A DNA stretch of 64,000 nucleotides from Raja brachyura (taxonomy: Eukaryota): the NCBI GenBank assembly GCA_963514005.1, contig OY740818.1, positions 11,160,001 to 11,224,000 of the forward strand. The letters run 5' to 3'. A program made the translations under genes and the position numbers. A model generated the notes under the pieces. It did no database searches and was not told the DNA's origin. It was given only the letters and a program-made list of their open reading frames with translations. The first letter of the stretch is position 1. Each line of letters opens with the position of its first letter. Of this stretch, positions 1-14,103 are shown one piece after another.

Positions 1-1145
1 TTCTTTCTAAATTGTTAATCACTTAACTGTCCTTCCTATTTTCCTAGTTAGCTGTTTAATAGGTTTGTCTCTGGATAGATTTTCCATTCCATCTTCAAAT
101 GTCATTACTCTTTTCAATTGATACAAATGCAGAATAATGCACCAATCAGGTCCCTCAAGTTCTTATTACTTGCTACTAACACCCTATAAATTTATTCTCT
201 AATAACTTATCTATCTGTGATTAGACTGCCATGTTAATTTTTTCTGTTCATTTGAGGTGAATAGCCATCTTTGTTTGATGCCGTGTATTGGGGAAGCAGA
301 ACATTTCTTCAACTAAATATTTGGGGGAAAAAAAACTTGCTAATTTGAATCTTCTTAAGAACTCTAATTCGCAGCTGCAGTATCCTTCTCTCTCCCCGGC
401 CTCTGGGGTGATGTAAGCTTTGTGTTCTATTGAAATCCAGAGCTGAGTTTCCAAGCAGGCAATCCTTTGCATCACTTAGACGACCTATTTCTACCTTTAA
501 TAATATTGCCACTTCATCCCTGCTGCTTTCTTATTTGCTTTTGAAGCCCATGTCTTGCAACAGCCAGGCACTCACAATGCTTTCTACTGGGCAGCGCAGC
601 TCATTGTTCCGTTGCTCACAGCTCCAACAAATGGGATCAATTCTGATGTTTGGCCTTGCATATGTGGAGTTTGCACTGGTTTCCTGTGACTGTATCAGCG
701 TCTTTCAGTTCGTCTGGTTTCCTTCCACATCCCAAACGTGAGAGTTGCTTGATTAATTGACCACTAAATTATCCCTGTTGTGTAGGTGGATGGTAGAATC
801 TTGCGTGTTGAAGGGAGAATGAGAAGTCACTGGTGGAATAATAAATAAAAGATAGTTGATGGTTGATCTGGGCTCGGAAGGATTACCTGACTACGTTTTG
901 TTGACTCTGACTCTAACAACTAACTTGACTTTGTTCTTTGTTCTACATTTTCCTAAATTCTACAAGCACAATATCCTGTACTTCCACCATTCCACACTGT
1001 CTTAATCTCCCCAAATTTCTGGTCTTTTTTTTCTTAATTTTTATGGCACCATGGAAATGCCGTGTGTCTATTAACATCTCCACCTCCCTTGGCTCTCTAA
1101 AATAAAATCTTCTTAAAACCTACTCTTTGACTGAAAACCACCTGA

Positions 1146-1146
<1 letters not shown>

Positions 1147-1178
<32 letters not shown>

Positions 1179-1195
1179 ATTATTATTACTACTAC
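1147..1195. repeat. Compound (GAT)n(TAT)n(TAC)n microsatellite
   Basis: direct reading. Confidence 0.95.
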
Positions 1196-1257
1196 TTTGG
1201 TTTAATTACTGAGGAGTGTCCTGAAACATGTTATTTAAATGAAAATTTCCATTAACC

Positions 1258-1261
<4 letters not shown>

Positions 1262-1332
<71 letters not shown>
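1262..1332. repeat. (AT)n microsatellite
   Basis: direct reading, about 35 units. Confidence 0.97.
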
Positions 1333-1334
<2 letters not shown>

Positions 1335-1363
1335 AACCAACATATTGCAAATATGAAAGATGA

Positions 1364-1522
<159 letters not shown>

Positions 1523-1629
1523 TGATCTATTTCTAAGCACAAATTGTCTGCTATACCTGTTCCTTACTGCTCTTTATATATCACACTTGATTACTTGCAA
1601 TTTATTTTGCTTTTATGAAATATCTTTAG

Positions 1630-1767
<138 letters not shown>

Positions 1768-1789
1768 TAATCAAATTTTGTCAATTTAA

Positions 1790-1987
<198 letters not shown>

Positions 1988-2519
1988 TGATGACTATCAT
2001 TACTAGCTTCAAAATAGTTACATGTATGGCCCTTTTTTAAAAACTATGAGCGAGTGATGCAAGCTGATGAATGCCGATGCGTAAAGGCTGTAAGATATTT
2101 TATGTAGATGCTGTTCATATTAAGTAATCGGTACCCAGATTCTTATTGTATTTTAGTCATATTCATTGGAATAGTATTGAAGATAAGGTGAAACAGCTTT
2201 GGCATTTCTGCAGGTCCATAACTGTCATATAGACACTCATTAAAATACTGCCAGATGGTAAAGTTTGATGTGTCACTTTTATATCCCATGTTAACTCAAT
2301 TAACCCATTCCTTCTCTCCAGAGATGCTGCCTGTCCTGCTGAGTTACTCTAGCATTTTGTGACTACCTTCGATTTAAATCAGTATCTGCAGTTCTTTCCT
2401 ACACAAACTCAATTGTTGTTATGCAATTGAATTCAAAAGTTGAAATGGCTTCAATTTAGAAAATCAACTTTTGGCTTTAGCCTAAAGTATTTTAAGGAAT
2501 CCCAAAATTAGTATTGATG

Positions 2520-2820
2520 AGCATCCCAAAGTATTTTTTGTAATTTTTCCCAGATGGAAAATTCAAATACTTAAAAGTGAGAGGGGCAAAGTTTAAAGGA
2601 GATGCGTGAGACAAGTTCTTTACACGGAGGGTGATGAGTGCCTGGAACATGCTGCTACGGGTGGTGATGGAGGCAGATATGATAGTGGTATTTAAGAGAC
2701 TCTTGGATAGGCACATGGATATGCAGCAAATGGAGAGATATAGATTATGTGCAGGCAGGTAAGGGTTGATCCTGGCATCATGTCCGGCACAGAAGAGGCT
2801 GTGCTATACTGTTCTGTGTA
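2520..2820 (+). mobile_element. Degenerate CR1-type LINE 3' end
   Basis: decayed similarity to the FFTQRVV..WN.L coding region and 3' UTR of the younger copies in the window. Confidence 0.65.
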
Positions 2821-3030
2821 ATTATTGTGAATGTTAAGAACGCTTTAAGAGTAAGTTGATCACATTCAGATTGAAGGTGCGTGGCATGGAGGGAAGAAGC
2901 AAATTCGAGGTTAGCAAGATTTAGTATTTCCATTATGAAAGTTTATGAATTTTGAAATTGACTGTTTGTATTTCATTTTTATTAACATATGTTGAACATA
3001 ACCACATTTATCATGTGACTTTGTTTCCAG

Positions 3031-3110
3031 AATGTGCAAATTCCTGTGAAAATGCCTGTACCAATAAAAGCTAGTGAAGCCGTTGTTAAAAAGTCTCAAC
3101 TACGAGCAAG
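3031..3110 (+). CDS. AAK1: AAK1-like exon (NVQIPVKMPVPIKASEAVVKKSQLRAR)
   Basis: tttccag/gtaaat, 80 nt, resembles AAK1 [27 protein letters not shown]. Confidence 0.92.
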
Positions 3111-3259
3111 GTAAATTGGTATTTCACAAATGTGTTCCTTGCATGATTAATACAGTAAAACAATTCAAAACAAAATTTTCTGTTGCATTTTATATTATGG
3201 TCTGAAGTTGTATGTTTCTATTTTAGCTTTTATTTTCATTATCATATAAACTTTTTTAG

Positions 3260-3468
3260 GCTTACTGATCCTGCTCCAACTACAGAAACCTCGATAGCAC
3301 CTCGCCAGAGGCCTAAAGCAGGCCAGCCAACTCCAGCTCCAAGTGCTCTGACAATTCAACCTGCTGTGACTCCAAGGAAGAGATCTACCGCACTGCTTGT
3401 CTCGCAGCCAGCAACCGCTCCATTAGTCTCACAGCCAGCAACTGCACAGTTGGTCTCGGAGCCAGCAG
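3260..3468 (+). CDS. AAK1: AAK1-like exon ([22 protein letters not shown]...TPRKRS plus 3x TAxLVSQPA)
   Basis: ttttag/gtgtgt, 209 nt; contains the [13 protein letters not shown] family signature. Confidence 0.92.
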
Positions 3469-5579
3469 GTGTGTATTTGTACAGATAATCAAACTTTTTT
3501 ATCCCCAACAGGCTTTTAAGCTACTCTGAAACTTTGAAACAAATGTTTCAATTTCCTTCCTCATATCTTTGCCACAGTAAAATAATGGTCTATTTCTTAA
3601 TATATTTTAAATTGGTGGCATTGGACCACCAATTCTAGAATGAGTCACTTGACTGGGTAGTAGTTGCAGATGTTTCCATAAATCATAGGAGACATACTGA
3701 GGTTTTGGTATCATTCTGAACAATGAACTTTGAGCTGAATGGTATTGAATGAAAGGTTAACATAAATTGTCTGAAGCGTTAGGGAAAATATATTGAATAT
3801 ATTAGATACGTTACAAGTTATAGCAATGTTAATCAAAATCTAATTGAGAATTTGTGATTATTAGAGTTTGCATAGAAATGTTTCTGATTCACCTAGAATC
3901 ATCTCATGATCTACATAATCCAAAAAGTAATTATATCAATCGCTGCTAAAAGCAGTCGATTTCCAATTTTTCATAATTTGTTGCACACAAAGTTTAAGTT
4001 TAAATTATTATTTTAAAGACATTTCTGGTAGATTGATTTGCTGCAACATTCCTGTCTATTTAAACTCAGGATAGTTTATTCAATTAAAGATATCTTAAGC
4101 CTGAAGAAGGGTCTCGACACGAAACGTCGCCTATTCATTCTCTCCATAGATGCTGAGTTCTCCAGCATTTTTGTCTACCTTCGATTTTTCCAGCATCTGC
4201 AGTTCTTTCGTAAACAGTAAATCTAATATAAGCTGTTTCCACTTTATATTTGCAAATGCAGTTAAGCATGCAGCATGATCCATAGCCTCTGAGAGACAAT
4301 GTGCAGATCCATTTAGCTGGCATCAGCCTTCTGCTCCCTAGAGTGCAAAACAAGTTGGTATTTGGGACCAAGAAGGATGCCTAGTGTGCAGTTTGGGACT
4401 GAAAAGCTTTGTACCAAACTGGCTATTGTAATGTTAATGATTTCCCAGCCCCTGACTCAACAAAAATATATTTTATTATCTCCACCAATCACCATTGAAC
4501 TTCCTGAAGCCATGTGTTTGCATCAATTGAACGACATTCATATATTTGAGGCCTAATCTTCAACTTCCTCTCAAGGTTCCAAACTTATCAGATAATTTTT
4601 TTCAAATGTATGATGTATTTAAGTCATTTATTTATCTTGCTGCTCTGAACGTGGAAATAAAGATACACTCAATATCTTGCTCAGCTACAGTTAAACTTCA
4701 ATTGCAATTTTATTTAACTTGTTCCCGTTACTTGTGCAGTTTCTCCAGATTCACAAGTATTTTGTTCTTGTATGTTAGTATACTACCACATATTTTCAGT
4801 GGGGTATGGCTTAAACAAAATATAACATGCAATTTTGTAGCGCTTATTCTATAATCTACACTTCCTGTAGTGCAGGGTCAGTGAATGTACTTTGCAACTC
4901 ATTTTGAAATGCAATGGTCTCTATGTTTTGATTTTTCTTTCCTTTTCAGTTTAGTTTAGGAATGCAGTATGTGGACAGGTCCCACGGACTACTATATCCA
5001 CACAGGCCATTGATCATCCATTCACACTTGTGGTCTGTAACATTAACTCTGTTTTATGTAAGAAGGAACTGCAGATGCTGGTTTAAACCGAAGATAGACA
5101 CAAAAAGCTGTAGTAACTCAGTGGACAGGTAGCATCTCTGTAGAGAAGGAATTTGTGACGCTTCGGGTCGAGACCCTTCTTCAGATTCAGTTTTTGTCTG
5201 TTTCTGATGCAGCCTGACCAGGGATTTCCAGTCTGTGATTTTTCTGTTTTTATTTAAAATTTCCATTTGGTTTGCTTCTGATCTTTATGAAAACTGATCA
5301 TCAAAGAGTGCAAAAATGCAGTATGTCAATGCACACTCTGTAAATAATTGCTATTATCAACTATAATGGCTTTCTCTCTCTGGTGAATAATGAGCCTTTA
5401 ACAAAATTGCTTTCAGTTGTCCTTGAGTAAATTGCCTGATTATAGCTTGCAACATAAAAGCAGGCTATGTTTATTAGATTAACTACATTGAATTCAGATT
5501 AGAGTGGTTCATGTTCCTAGGCTTTTCAGTAAATACCTTTTAAAGGTTCAATTTAAAGCATGGAGAGTAGGGAAGATGA

Positions 5580-7050
5580 TTGCTGGCAGCACAGTCATAC
5601 TGCATGAAAACTGGTTCAACTTTGGCCCAACTCAATTATGCCGACCAAAATGTCCCATCCAAGCTGGTCCAATTTGCTGGTGACTAGCCCATATGTCTCG
5701 AAACCTTTCCTGTCCATGTATGCCTAAATGTATTTCAAATGTTGTTGTTCTACCTGTCTCAACAACTACTTCTGGCAGCTTCCATCCGCCAATCATCCTC
5801 TGTATGGGAAAAATTGCCCCTTATGCTCTTATCTTTCTTCACGCACTTTAAAGCTATGCCCTCCAGTTCCTTTTTTCTATACTCTGGGGAAAAGACTGTG
5901 CATTCATCCATCAATTCCCCTCATAACTTTATACACCTCTATAACAAAATCCTTCAGCCTTCTGCATTCCAAGGAATGTTCTAGGCTGCCCCATCTTCGT
6001 ATAGCTCAGGTCCTTGGGTCCTGGTAATATTCCCTGCAATCTTTTCAGCATAATGGCATCTTTCCTGTAGCAGGATGACAAACTGAACACTGAAAACTGA
6101 ACAGTGTGGCCACATTAACACCATATCTAACTATGATGTATCATTCCCAATTTCTATACTCTATTCCCTGACTGATAATGGGCAACATGCCAAAAGCCTT
6201 TTCACCAGTACTAAATCTTGGCTCCACCACGCTACCTAGGACCATGCCAATCACTGAAGGTCCAGCCCTTGTGTAACATCCCAAAATATAACACTTCACA
6301 TTTATCTGAATTAAACTCCATTTGCCATTCCTGAACTTGCTTGCCCAGCTGAATAGGGTGCCTTTATAATTTATGATAGCTATTTTCGCTGTCTACTATA
6401 ATTATTTTAGTGTAATCTGCAAACTTACTAATTCTGATCCAAGCGGTTGATATTAATGACAAACAGCAATGGATGCAGCACCAATCTGAGGCACACACTA
6501 CTCACAGCACTCCAGTCCGAAATGTAACCTTCTATTTCCACCTTCTATTTCCTACTGTGAAGCCAATACTATAACATTCTTGAGTGGCCTACCCTGTAGT
6601 ATTTTATCAAACGCCTTGTTGAGGTTCAGATGGACAACATGGATGGCTCTGCCATCATTAATCATCTTTGTTCCTTTGTCAAAACAAAACTCGGTCAAAT
6701 TTGTTGGACATGATATCCCCCGCACACCACCATGCTGACTAGCTCTAATCAACTCTTGTCTTTTTTAAATGCATATATCTTATCAAGTAGGATCCTAACC
6801 ACATATGTTGGGGTCTATAGTTCCTAAATGTTTCTCTGCACCTCTTCTTAAATAGAGGCACAACATCAGCCACCTCCAGTCTTCTGGCACCTCACCCATA
6901 GCTAACGATGATTCATATATCTCGTCCAGGGGTCCTGAAATTTATTCTCTCGATTCCCACTGTGTCCTTGGATATATCTGATCAGGCTCTGGGGATTTTT
7001 ATGCCTTTATGTTTAAGGACATTCAGCGCCTCCTTGACTGCAATCCGGAC
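5580..7050 (-). mobile_element. Degenerate CR1-type LINE (RT region and 3' end)
   Basis: - strand remnants such as HVVHLNLNKAFDKI and SCPTNLTEF, with many frameshifts. Confidence 0.7.
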
Positions 7051-7437
7051 TGTCCTCAAGACACTCATTAACTTTTCCAAAATCCCCAGTCTTCATGATT
7101 TCTGTTAACTTTTTGAGCCTGAAGTTCTGATGCCATCATAACCTGCGGAAGGTCAGAGTAACTGCATAAACAAGATCCTAAATATTCATTCAAAATCTGC
7201 TGATTCATCACGACTAAAAGAATCAAATCATTTTGGTTTGTTTGTGAAAAGAAAGTCCTGAATCCTACAAGAATTAAAGCTAATCAAGGACCCACCACTG
7301 AATTTCAACAAATTCATGGGTTAGCAGTGCAAATGTTTCATTCACAGCTTTTGGGCTTAATGGCTTTTTTGCAATTTAAAAATCTGCAGGAGCAACCATC
7401 GGAATGTAAAATGTTTTGAAATCTTTGGTTTGCACAG

Positions 7438-7616
7438 GAACCACATCTGCAAGTAATGGGCACATTGGCCAATTACAAGGTCAACAAGCACAAATCCAGC
7501 CAGCACATCCTCAGCATCTACAACCAAGTCCACAGGCACATCTGTTACTCCAACAACAGTACTTGCTGCAGCAACAAAACTATTTCCAGCAGCAGCAAAT
7601 GTTTCAGACATCTCAG
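7438..7616 (+). CDS. AAK1: AAK1-like QPA-rich exon (GTTSASNGHIGQLQ...QQQMFQTSQ)
   Basis: gcacag/gtatgc, 179 nt, phase 1 to 0, Gln-rich as expected for the QPA region. Confidence 0.85.
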
Positions 7617-9537
7617 GTATGCTCACTCCATTCTTGTTTTCTTTCCATACAATCACCTAAAACAAAGGGTGGATTGTGAGTATCCCTCATTTTGAACTCA
7701 ATTTGCTTGACTACAATTTACTGTATTTTCCCAAAAATCCTAAAACCATTTTTAATTTCCTGTTGCCAGACTTTGATCAAACATGCAAAATGTATCCTCT
7801 GTCAGAGGATTACTTTTGAGACCCTCCATATTTTGAGGATATGTGCATCTCCTATTTCAAAATATGCAGGAATAGGTGTTCATTCGGCATTCAGAATGCA
7901 TTACATAACTTTTCTGTGAAATCGCAATTATTACTTGATTTATCCTGTTCTTTGCTGGAAAATTGAAACCACTTTCTCCACGTGAACAGTCTCATTAATA
8001 TTTCAAGCCCTGCAGAATTTACTTGATTAGTTTCATTTGTTCACATGTCGCCTTCTTTTGATGGTTTAGTTTGATCAATGAAATTTCATAATCACTGTGC
8101 ATCTTGATTCAGCATGTGTTTCTGCTGAAATTTCTATTTTGCCTATTTTTCCCCGTTTTCAAGTATGAATATACTGTGCCTCTTTTTGCTACACTCAATC
8201 CTGAGGATATGGTCTTTGCTGCTTGAAACTCATTTTGATCAATACTTGTGCCAAGAACTGCAAATGGTAATGATGTTATTCTGTGTTTACATTCTTGGTT
8301 GCCAGATTCCAGATGCTAATCCTTACCATAAAGTAATTTGCTAAGTTGACCATCATTCTCTGAGTAATCCTGTTGCCAATTTGTCAAATGCTACTTATTT
8401 TAAATCCTACAACAAGTGGTTTTTGCTGGCAAGGCACCATTAATTGTGCATTCAAAATTGCTTATGAAAAGATAGTGGGGTGCCACCTCCTTGAATGGCT
8501 GCAATTGGTCTGGTGAATTTTCTCCCAAAGTGTGTTGGAAAGGGAATTTTGGGAACTAAAACTAACCACTGTGGAGGTACAGCACTATATTTCCATGATG
8601 TGTGTGTTTGAGGCGCATGGTGTATTTTTCTCTTTGGATAATAAAAATCACAAGTTTTGGAGATTCTATTTGAGGAACAGTTTAGTGAGTAGCTTGTAGA
8701 TGGCACATACTGTAGCTATGATGCATCATTGGTGGAAGGACTAAATGTTTAGGTGGGCTGTTTCATCTTAGATGCTGTCAAGTTTCGTGGTCGTTAGAGC
8801 AGCACTGACCGAGACAGCTAGAGAATATTCAACAAAAACGTTGTGCAGAACTATCTCGGCAGGTCATGCAGCATCTTTGGAGAACATGGATAGGTGACTT
8901 TTCGGGTCTGGGCCATTCTGGCCCAGACCCGAATGACCCCAAACATTCAATCTGAGGAAGGAACCAACCCAAAACGTCACCTATCCAAGCTCCAGACATG
9001 TCTCTTGAGCTGCTGAGGTACTTCAGCACTTTTGTCTCATTTTTACAGAATAAAGTTGGACAGTTTCTTTTCTCCTTGAAGGAGGAAATTCTACACGCAG
9101 TGAAAACAATCATTATATTCCTAGTCAAGCTTTGATCTAGAGGGAGTGGTGTTACTCATGCAACAAATAGCAGCTACCGATCATGTTGAGGTTTTAAGAT
9201 CTTTATTTAACGATAATCTTTTTTTTGTACCGGATTGGAATTATATTTAATCTACATTGATTAGGCAAACACATGTACTGCAGAAACACCTTGACCATAT
9301 AATGAGGATATTATAGCCTTGGCTTTGCACTTCGCAGCTCCTTAACTTGTTCCCTCCAGAGAAATATTGCGTCAACTGAATCTGCTACTCAAATGATGTA
9401 ATGTTCCTATTGACTGTAAAGATTAAATCTAAGAGTTGAATAAAAATGATGATCATTTTAAAATGGTACTGAATTAAATTGGTCCCGTTGATCCTGATCA
9501 AGTGTGTATTCTTATATATAATTTCTCAAAAGGGCTT

Positions 9538-10035
9538 AGAAACATAGAAAATAGGTGCAGGAGGAGGCCATTCGGTCCTTCGAGACAGCACCTCCATTCA
9601 TTGTGATCAATGCGGTCGTCCCCAATCAATAACCCGTGCCTGCCTTCTCTCTATATCCCTTGATTCCACTAGCCCCTAGAGCTCTATCTAACTCTCTCTT
9701 AAATCCATCCACTGATTTGGCCTCCACTGCCCTCTGTGGCAGGGAATTCCATAAATTCACAACTGGGTGAAAACGTCTTTTCTCACCTCAGTCTTAAATG
9801 GCCGCCTCTTTATTCTAAGACTGCGGCCCCTGGTTCTGGACTCGCCCAACTTTGGGAACATTTTTCCTGCATCTAGCTTGTCCAGTCCTTTTATAATTTT
9901 ATATGTTTCTATAAGATAGCCCCTCATCCTTCTAAACTCCAGTGAATACAAGCCTAGTCTTTTCAATATTTCCTCATATGACAGTCCCACCATCCCAGGG
10001 ATCAATCTCATGAACCTACGCTGCACTGCCTCAAT
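9538..10035 (-). mobile_element. HER1/CR1 LINE 3' fragment
   Basis: ORF EAVQRRFMRLIPG...LGLYSLEFRRMRG; tail tttctatgtttct. Confidence 0.9.
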
Positions 10036-10624
10036 CAACTGTTTCTTGCCTATTCTGCTCCACCACCAATTAAAAGTCACGTTTTTCTCTTGTGTGTGTG
10101 TGTCTTAACTTTTAATCTTCATCTTTTAGTGCTTGATTTGGTATATTTGTAATAGCAGTCCTGAATCATGATTGTGACATAATGTGTCAAACATATTTGA
10201 GGTTGCACTTAATAGAGAAGAGGCTGATGGCAGACAATTATATATTTGTCTGGAGCAGGTCATGCCTTGCAAACTAGAATGAGATTTTAGAGGATCAAAC
10301 AAAGATGATTGAGGGGAGGGCAGGGCAGTAGATTTTGTCAATATGGACTTAGTAAGTTCATATTTGACAAGGTCCCTCCCGGGAGGCTGATCGAGAAGAT
10401 TAAGACATAAGGGGAAAGCATACAGTTAAAGGCAAGAGCATTAAGAACATTGATGTACAGAGGGATTTTGCGATCCAAATGTATAGCTCCCTGAAAGTAG
10501 CCACACGGATTGATATGGTATTCTTGCCTTCATTTGGGGCATGAAGTATAAGAAGTCATGTTGCAGCTTTATAAAACTGGTTAGGCTGCATTTTAAATCA
10601 AATCGATGCTAAGCAGCAATCGCC

Positions 10625-10865
10625 CCAAACACTACCACTATCCTACATACACTAGGGACAAGGTTACAATTTACAGAAGGCAATTAACCTGCAAGCCTGT
10701 GCGTCCCTGGAGCGTGGGAGGAAACCGGAGCCCCCTGGATAAAACCCATGCGGTCAATGGGAGAACATCCAAACTCAGTACAGAGAGCACACCCATAGAC
10801 GGGATCGATCCCGGGTCTCTGGCACTGTAAGTCAGTAAATCTACTGCTGCGCCACTGTGCCACCC
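10625..10865 (-). mobile_element. HE1-type tRNA-derived SINE inserted in a decayed CR1 (about 10260-11070)
   Basis: - strand head ggtggcacagtggcgcagcagtag...gacccgggatcgatcc with A/B-box-like motifs. Confidence 0.8.
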
Positions 10866-11621
10866 TTTGTTTTTGTTTGGAACATTGGAGGTTGAGAGGA
10901 GACCAAATAGAAATTTATCAAATTATGAGAGGCAGATAGCCCAAACGGTCAGAAATGTTTTTCTTAGGGTGGAAATGTCAAATACTAGAGGGCTTTGCTT
11001 TGTCAGAGGGGGGAAATCAAAAGGAAATCCGTGGGGTTACTGTTTACATAGTGGCGGGTGCCTGAATGAGGCTGCATTAACCCTACCTTCTCAACATAAG
11101 CTAGTGTGCATGGAGACTTAAGTTGCAGTGACTTACTTACCAATGCCCATGTTGTACCCGCCAAAGTAAAATTTCACTTTTAATTCTGAATGGGTGAGAC
11201 AGATACTTGCCTCAGTTTTAGTTGTTCAGATTCATCACTTCCATTAGATCTCACTGATGATGATCGGGATTGGAAAAACGCTTATCATTTTCTTCTCTAT
11301 TACTACCATTGAACTTATTTGCTTTGAAAGCAAAATACATTGTAGCTCCAATAACAATACACTTTTGCTGTTTCCTTATTCCAGACTTGGATTAACAATG
11401 TGTCCCAAATTAATCATTGATTACTATGCAGACTTTGTTCCTCAGATACTAGAGATTTGCTAATAAGCAGCTGCCAATTAAAACCATATCACAATGTCTT
11501 ATGTTTGAAACATGAATAATATTTATTATTGCTAGTTATGGAAGCCACCTTGTAAAAATTGTTATTGCTGAAAATCATTTTTAACCTTAAATTATACAAA
11601 ATCTGTACTGTATTGAAACAG

Positions 11622-11780
11622 CGCTTCCAAATGATCCAGCAGACTCCGCAGCAAATGATGCAGAATTACTACCTTCAGCAGCAATACGCAACAGCCATGC
11701 AGCAGCAAGCACTTTTGCGGCAGATGATGGCACAAGGATGCATTCAGCAGCAGATGACACTGCAACACCCACAAGCTCTT
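11622..11780 (+). CDS. AAK1: AAK1-like Gln-rich exon (RFQMIQQTPQQMMQNYYLQQQ...HPQAL)
   Basis: aaacag/gtaagt, 159 nt, phase 0-0; QQMMQNYY resembles AAK1 QQLMQNFY. Confidence 0.85.
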
Positions 11781-12929
11781 GTAAGTTTTTTTTGCAAACC
11801 TACAAACCGATTAGAAAAGTATCTAAACACAGAAGACTGAGAATCGCACCTTTATTTCCAGAACTTTTCTTCAACATCAGCATCAACTTAAAATTGTATA
11901 GCAACTTTAACAGATACACTTTTCCAAGTTTTTGTGTTGTAATCAGAAACCAAATGGATTATTAGGCGTCTGGTGAACAAAATCTGCCACAGGTGGGCTA
12001 AGAGAAAAATGGTGAAGGGTTTTACCAGGAAATATAATTGGAAAAGGCTTAAACGTCTAAAGACTTGGATCCCAATAATTGGAAAAAGTGAAGGGAAGCA
12101 TACATGAAAGACCTATGATTAGTTGGAGAGGAATGGTTGCAGGAATCCGAGGTTTCAAAACTATTACTGCAAATGTAGACTGCAGAGGATGGAAATGATG
12201 TATGTGACTTGATTTTGTTGCAGCTGCATTGTTCCAAATAATTTAACGTTCAATTGCCTTCTCTGTTGTGTGTTGATAAACCAGGTGCTTTATGAGGTTA
12301 TCATATGGTTCAGGATTTAATTAAAATTTCAAATTGTCAAGGTGCTACAGTGAGATTTAAGCTAATGTCCAATAAGTCAAATGTTGGTTCAGACTTGTGG
12401 GTTTAAAGGAATGGAGGAGAGGCTAACATTGAATGATTTTTTGATAAGTATGGCGTTTGAAATGGAATCGAATGGCAGTTAAGAGTGGAGATTTTGAGAA
12501 TAAAACTGATAGCGAGGATTTGAACAATTTGTCTGTTCTGCTCATTTGTAATGTTCAGTGTTCTAATACACTATTGAAGTTTTTCCTCATAAATGATGAC
12601 AGCAAAGATATTTAAATCGCAGCTTTCACATCACTTTTGAGTTCTTCCAAAATATTGTAGAATCAATTAAATACTCGCGGTGTAATTACAGTTGAAAAGT
12701 AGGAAGTACAACTATTATGTGGACAGCAAGCTCACTCAAACAGGAGTGTGCTGGCAAAATGTTGAATGTGAACCAAAATTGAGATCGAAATATGGCGAGA
12801 ACTCAATGGTGCTATCGGATCTCTATTGCCTAATTGAGGGATTAGATAGGAATTTGATTTTAAATGTTAACTAAAATTTCGCTGGGAATTGCATTTTGGA
12901 TAGAAAAAGATTTTGTTGATAAAGACTTT

Positions 12930-13215
12930 GGGGCGGCACCGTGGTGCAGCGGTAGAGTTGCTGCTGCCTTACAGTGCAAGAGACCCGACTTTGATCCTGA
13001 CAATGGGTGCTGTCTGTATGGAGTTCGTACGTTCTCCCCATAACCTTGCGGGTTTTCTCTGGTTGCTCTGATTTTCTTTTACATTGCCAAAGATGTACAG
13101 GTTTGTAGATTTGTTTAATTTTCTCTGGTAAAAATTGTAAATTGTCCCTAGTGTGTAGGATAGTACTAGTATTATCGCTGGTAGGGTGAAGGGCCTCTTT
13201 CTCTAAACTAAAGTA
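12930..13215 (+). mobile_element. HE1-type tRNA-derived SINE
   Basis: ggggcggcaccgtggtgcagcggtagagttg head, conserved core, ctaaactaaa tail. Confidence 0.85.
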
Positions 13216-14103
13216 AAATGCTAATCTTGCAACTAACGCCCACTTCACACACAATAATTAACCAGAAAATGTACGTTTCATGATGTGGAAGTGGGGGCAA
13301 ATGCTTGAATATTCGGTCTTCGCCTGTCTTAAATCATGTGACCTTTCTCTGCATAGGAAATGATCTGTTTCTAGTTGAATCTTTGAACTATATTTTGTTT
13401 GTTGGGGAGTCTTATGAAATATGAGATGAGGTGTTTACATGTCTTAGTGCTTTACTTCTCTACACGGTCTTAACCCTACCTCTTAACTGTTAACATGCCC
13501 TATCAGACATGTCCCTTTGTTATATCCATGCCTCTTTGGAACTTAAACTGTTAAGATGTTTTCTCTTTCCTGATTCTGACAAAGGGTTTGGCCTGAAACA
13601 TCTGTTTCTCTCTGTATGCTTCCTGACCTGCTGAGTGTTAACAATATCTTCCGTGTTAAATTTCCAGAATAATTTGTGTTCCACTGCCCTCTAGTGTACA
13701 AATAATATAGCATTTTATAGTAAATGTAAAAGGCTGTTGATCTGACGCCTGTGCAGTCTTTACATTTCAGTGTACTTTTTCCACATGGTTGTGGCATGTC
13801 TTTTATAATTTTCATCAAGCCATTTGAGGAGAGCATAGTAACAAGAGAGTGGGATCACATTACTGTGCTTATAATGTAGACCATCCCATAGTCAACAGGA
13901 ATGAGAGGAGCAGATGTAAGCAAATCACAGAAATTTGCTTGAACAATAGGGATGTATTAGAGGGGCATTTTAGTTTTCCTAACATTGACTGGAATTGTCA
14001 GTGCGAGGGCCTTTGATGGGGTAGAAGTTATTGTGTATCCCAGATAATCATTTGAGACAATATGTCAGGAGACCTATTAGATACAGGGCTGTACTCTTCT
14101 CTG

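Noticed and set aside
1147-1332. CRISPR-like or functional repeat array
   Set aside because: Simple microsatellites in a eukaryotic intron, no repeat-spacer structure.
12930-13005. tRNA gene
   Set aside because: tRNA-like head continues into SINE core and tail and occurs in many decayed copies.
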